Positions 41,964 to 42,432 of a stretch of 42,432 nucleotides of DNA are shown here, one piece after another. Both the position numbers and the translations under genes were made by a program. Position 1 is the first letter of the stretch. Every line of letters starts with the position of its first letter. Source of the stretch: a virus (Duplodnaviria > Caudoviricetes); the IMG/VR virus record IMGVR_UViG_3300037743_000150, positions 1 through 42,432 of that record; one strand, given 5' to 3'. The notes below the pieces were generated by a model that was given only the letters and a program-made list of their open reading frames with translations, was not told the origin of the DNA and did no database searches.

Positions 41964-42355
41964 CCGGGCCGGTGGAGATCGCCGCCATCTGCGACCAGGA
42001 CCGTGAGCTGCTCGACCTGTGGGCCGAGCTGGGCATGCCCGACGACCAGTCGACACGGGATTATGCGCTCGGGCTCCTCATGAAACTGTGGGCCGCCTAC
42101 CGCGAGCTCGACGCCGCCCTCGGCGAGGTGCTCGCCCTAGAACACGGGGAGACACCGCCCGAGATCGAGGACGTCGCCCGCACCCGTGCCGCCGTCGCCG
42201 GCGCGGCCAGTACGCCCCTCCCGGCCTCTCCAGCCGAGGAGAAGATCGTCGACCTCATGGTCGCGCTCGAAACGAGCGTGAACGAGGCGAAGGCCGCCCG
42301 CGACCGCCACCGTGCCGCTGACCCCGCTGGGGGAGAGGCGCGGAGCGATGACTGA
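41960..42355 (+). CDS. hypothetical protein with Ku-like C-terminal helix
   Basis: IVDLMVALETSV after a Pro/Ala linker. Confidence 0.6.
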   Translation: MTGPVEIAAICDQDRELLDLWAELGMPDDQSTRDYALGLLMKLWAAYRELDAALGEVLALEHGETPPEIEDVARTRAAVAGAASTPLPASPAEEKIVDLMVALETSVNEAKAARDRHRAADPAGGEARSDD

Positions 42356-42432
42356 CGTCGTGCCCGCCCGCCTGATCCGCCAGCTTCTCGCCCGAGACAA
42401 GGCCCACCAGGAGCTGCTCGCCCGCTACCGCG
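42348..42432 (+). CDS. hypothetical protein (3' truncated by window)
   Basis: ATG 42348 overlaps the previous gene; frame open to window end. Confidence 0.45.
   Translation, partial: MTDVVPARLIRQLLARDKAHQELLARYR

Overview
GC-rich (roughly 70% by eye) actinobacterial temperate siphovirus or prophage, incomplete at both window ends. Gene order: partial HNH, TerS, TerL, portal, MuF-like protein, scaffold, major capsid; a ~3.7 kb glycan-modification cassette inserted between capsid and neck genes; neck, tail tube, frameshifted tail chaperone, tape measure, and minor tail or receptor-binding proteins; lysis module; a leftward accessory operon; putative attP and tyrosine integrase; repressor/Cro switch; and a long translationally coupled array of small early genes. 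The strongest novelty candidate is the cassette at 6389-10121. It encodes a GT32, a WbdD-type methyltransferase fused to an archaeal-type CTP-dependent riboflavin-kinase domain, an FkbM methyltransferase, and a glycosyltransferase fused in frame to a separately translatable Lsr2-like protein. Together these suggest virion glycosylation with a methyl-phosphate cap. Family assignments rest on motifs recognised by eye and reference sequences recalled from memory; no searches were run.
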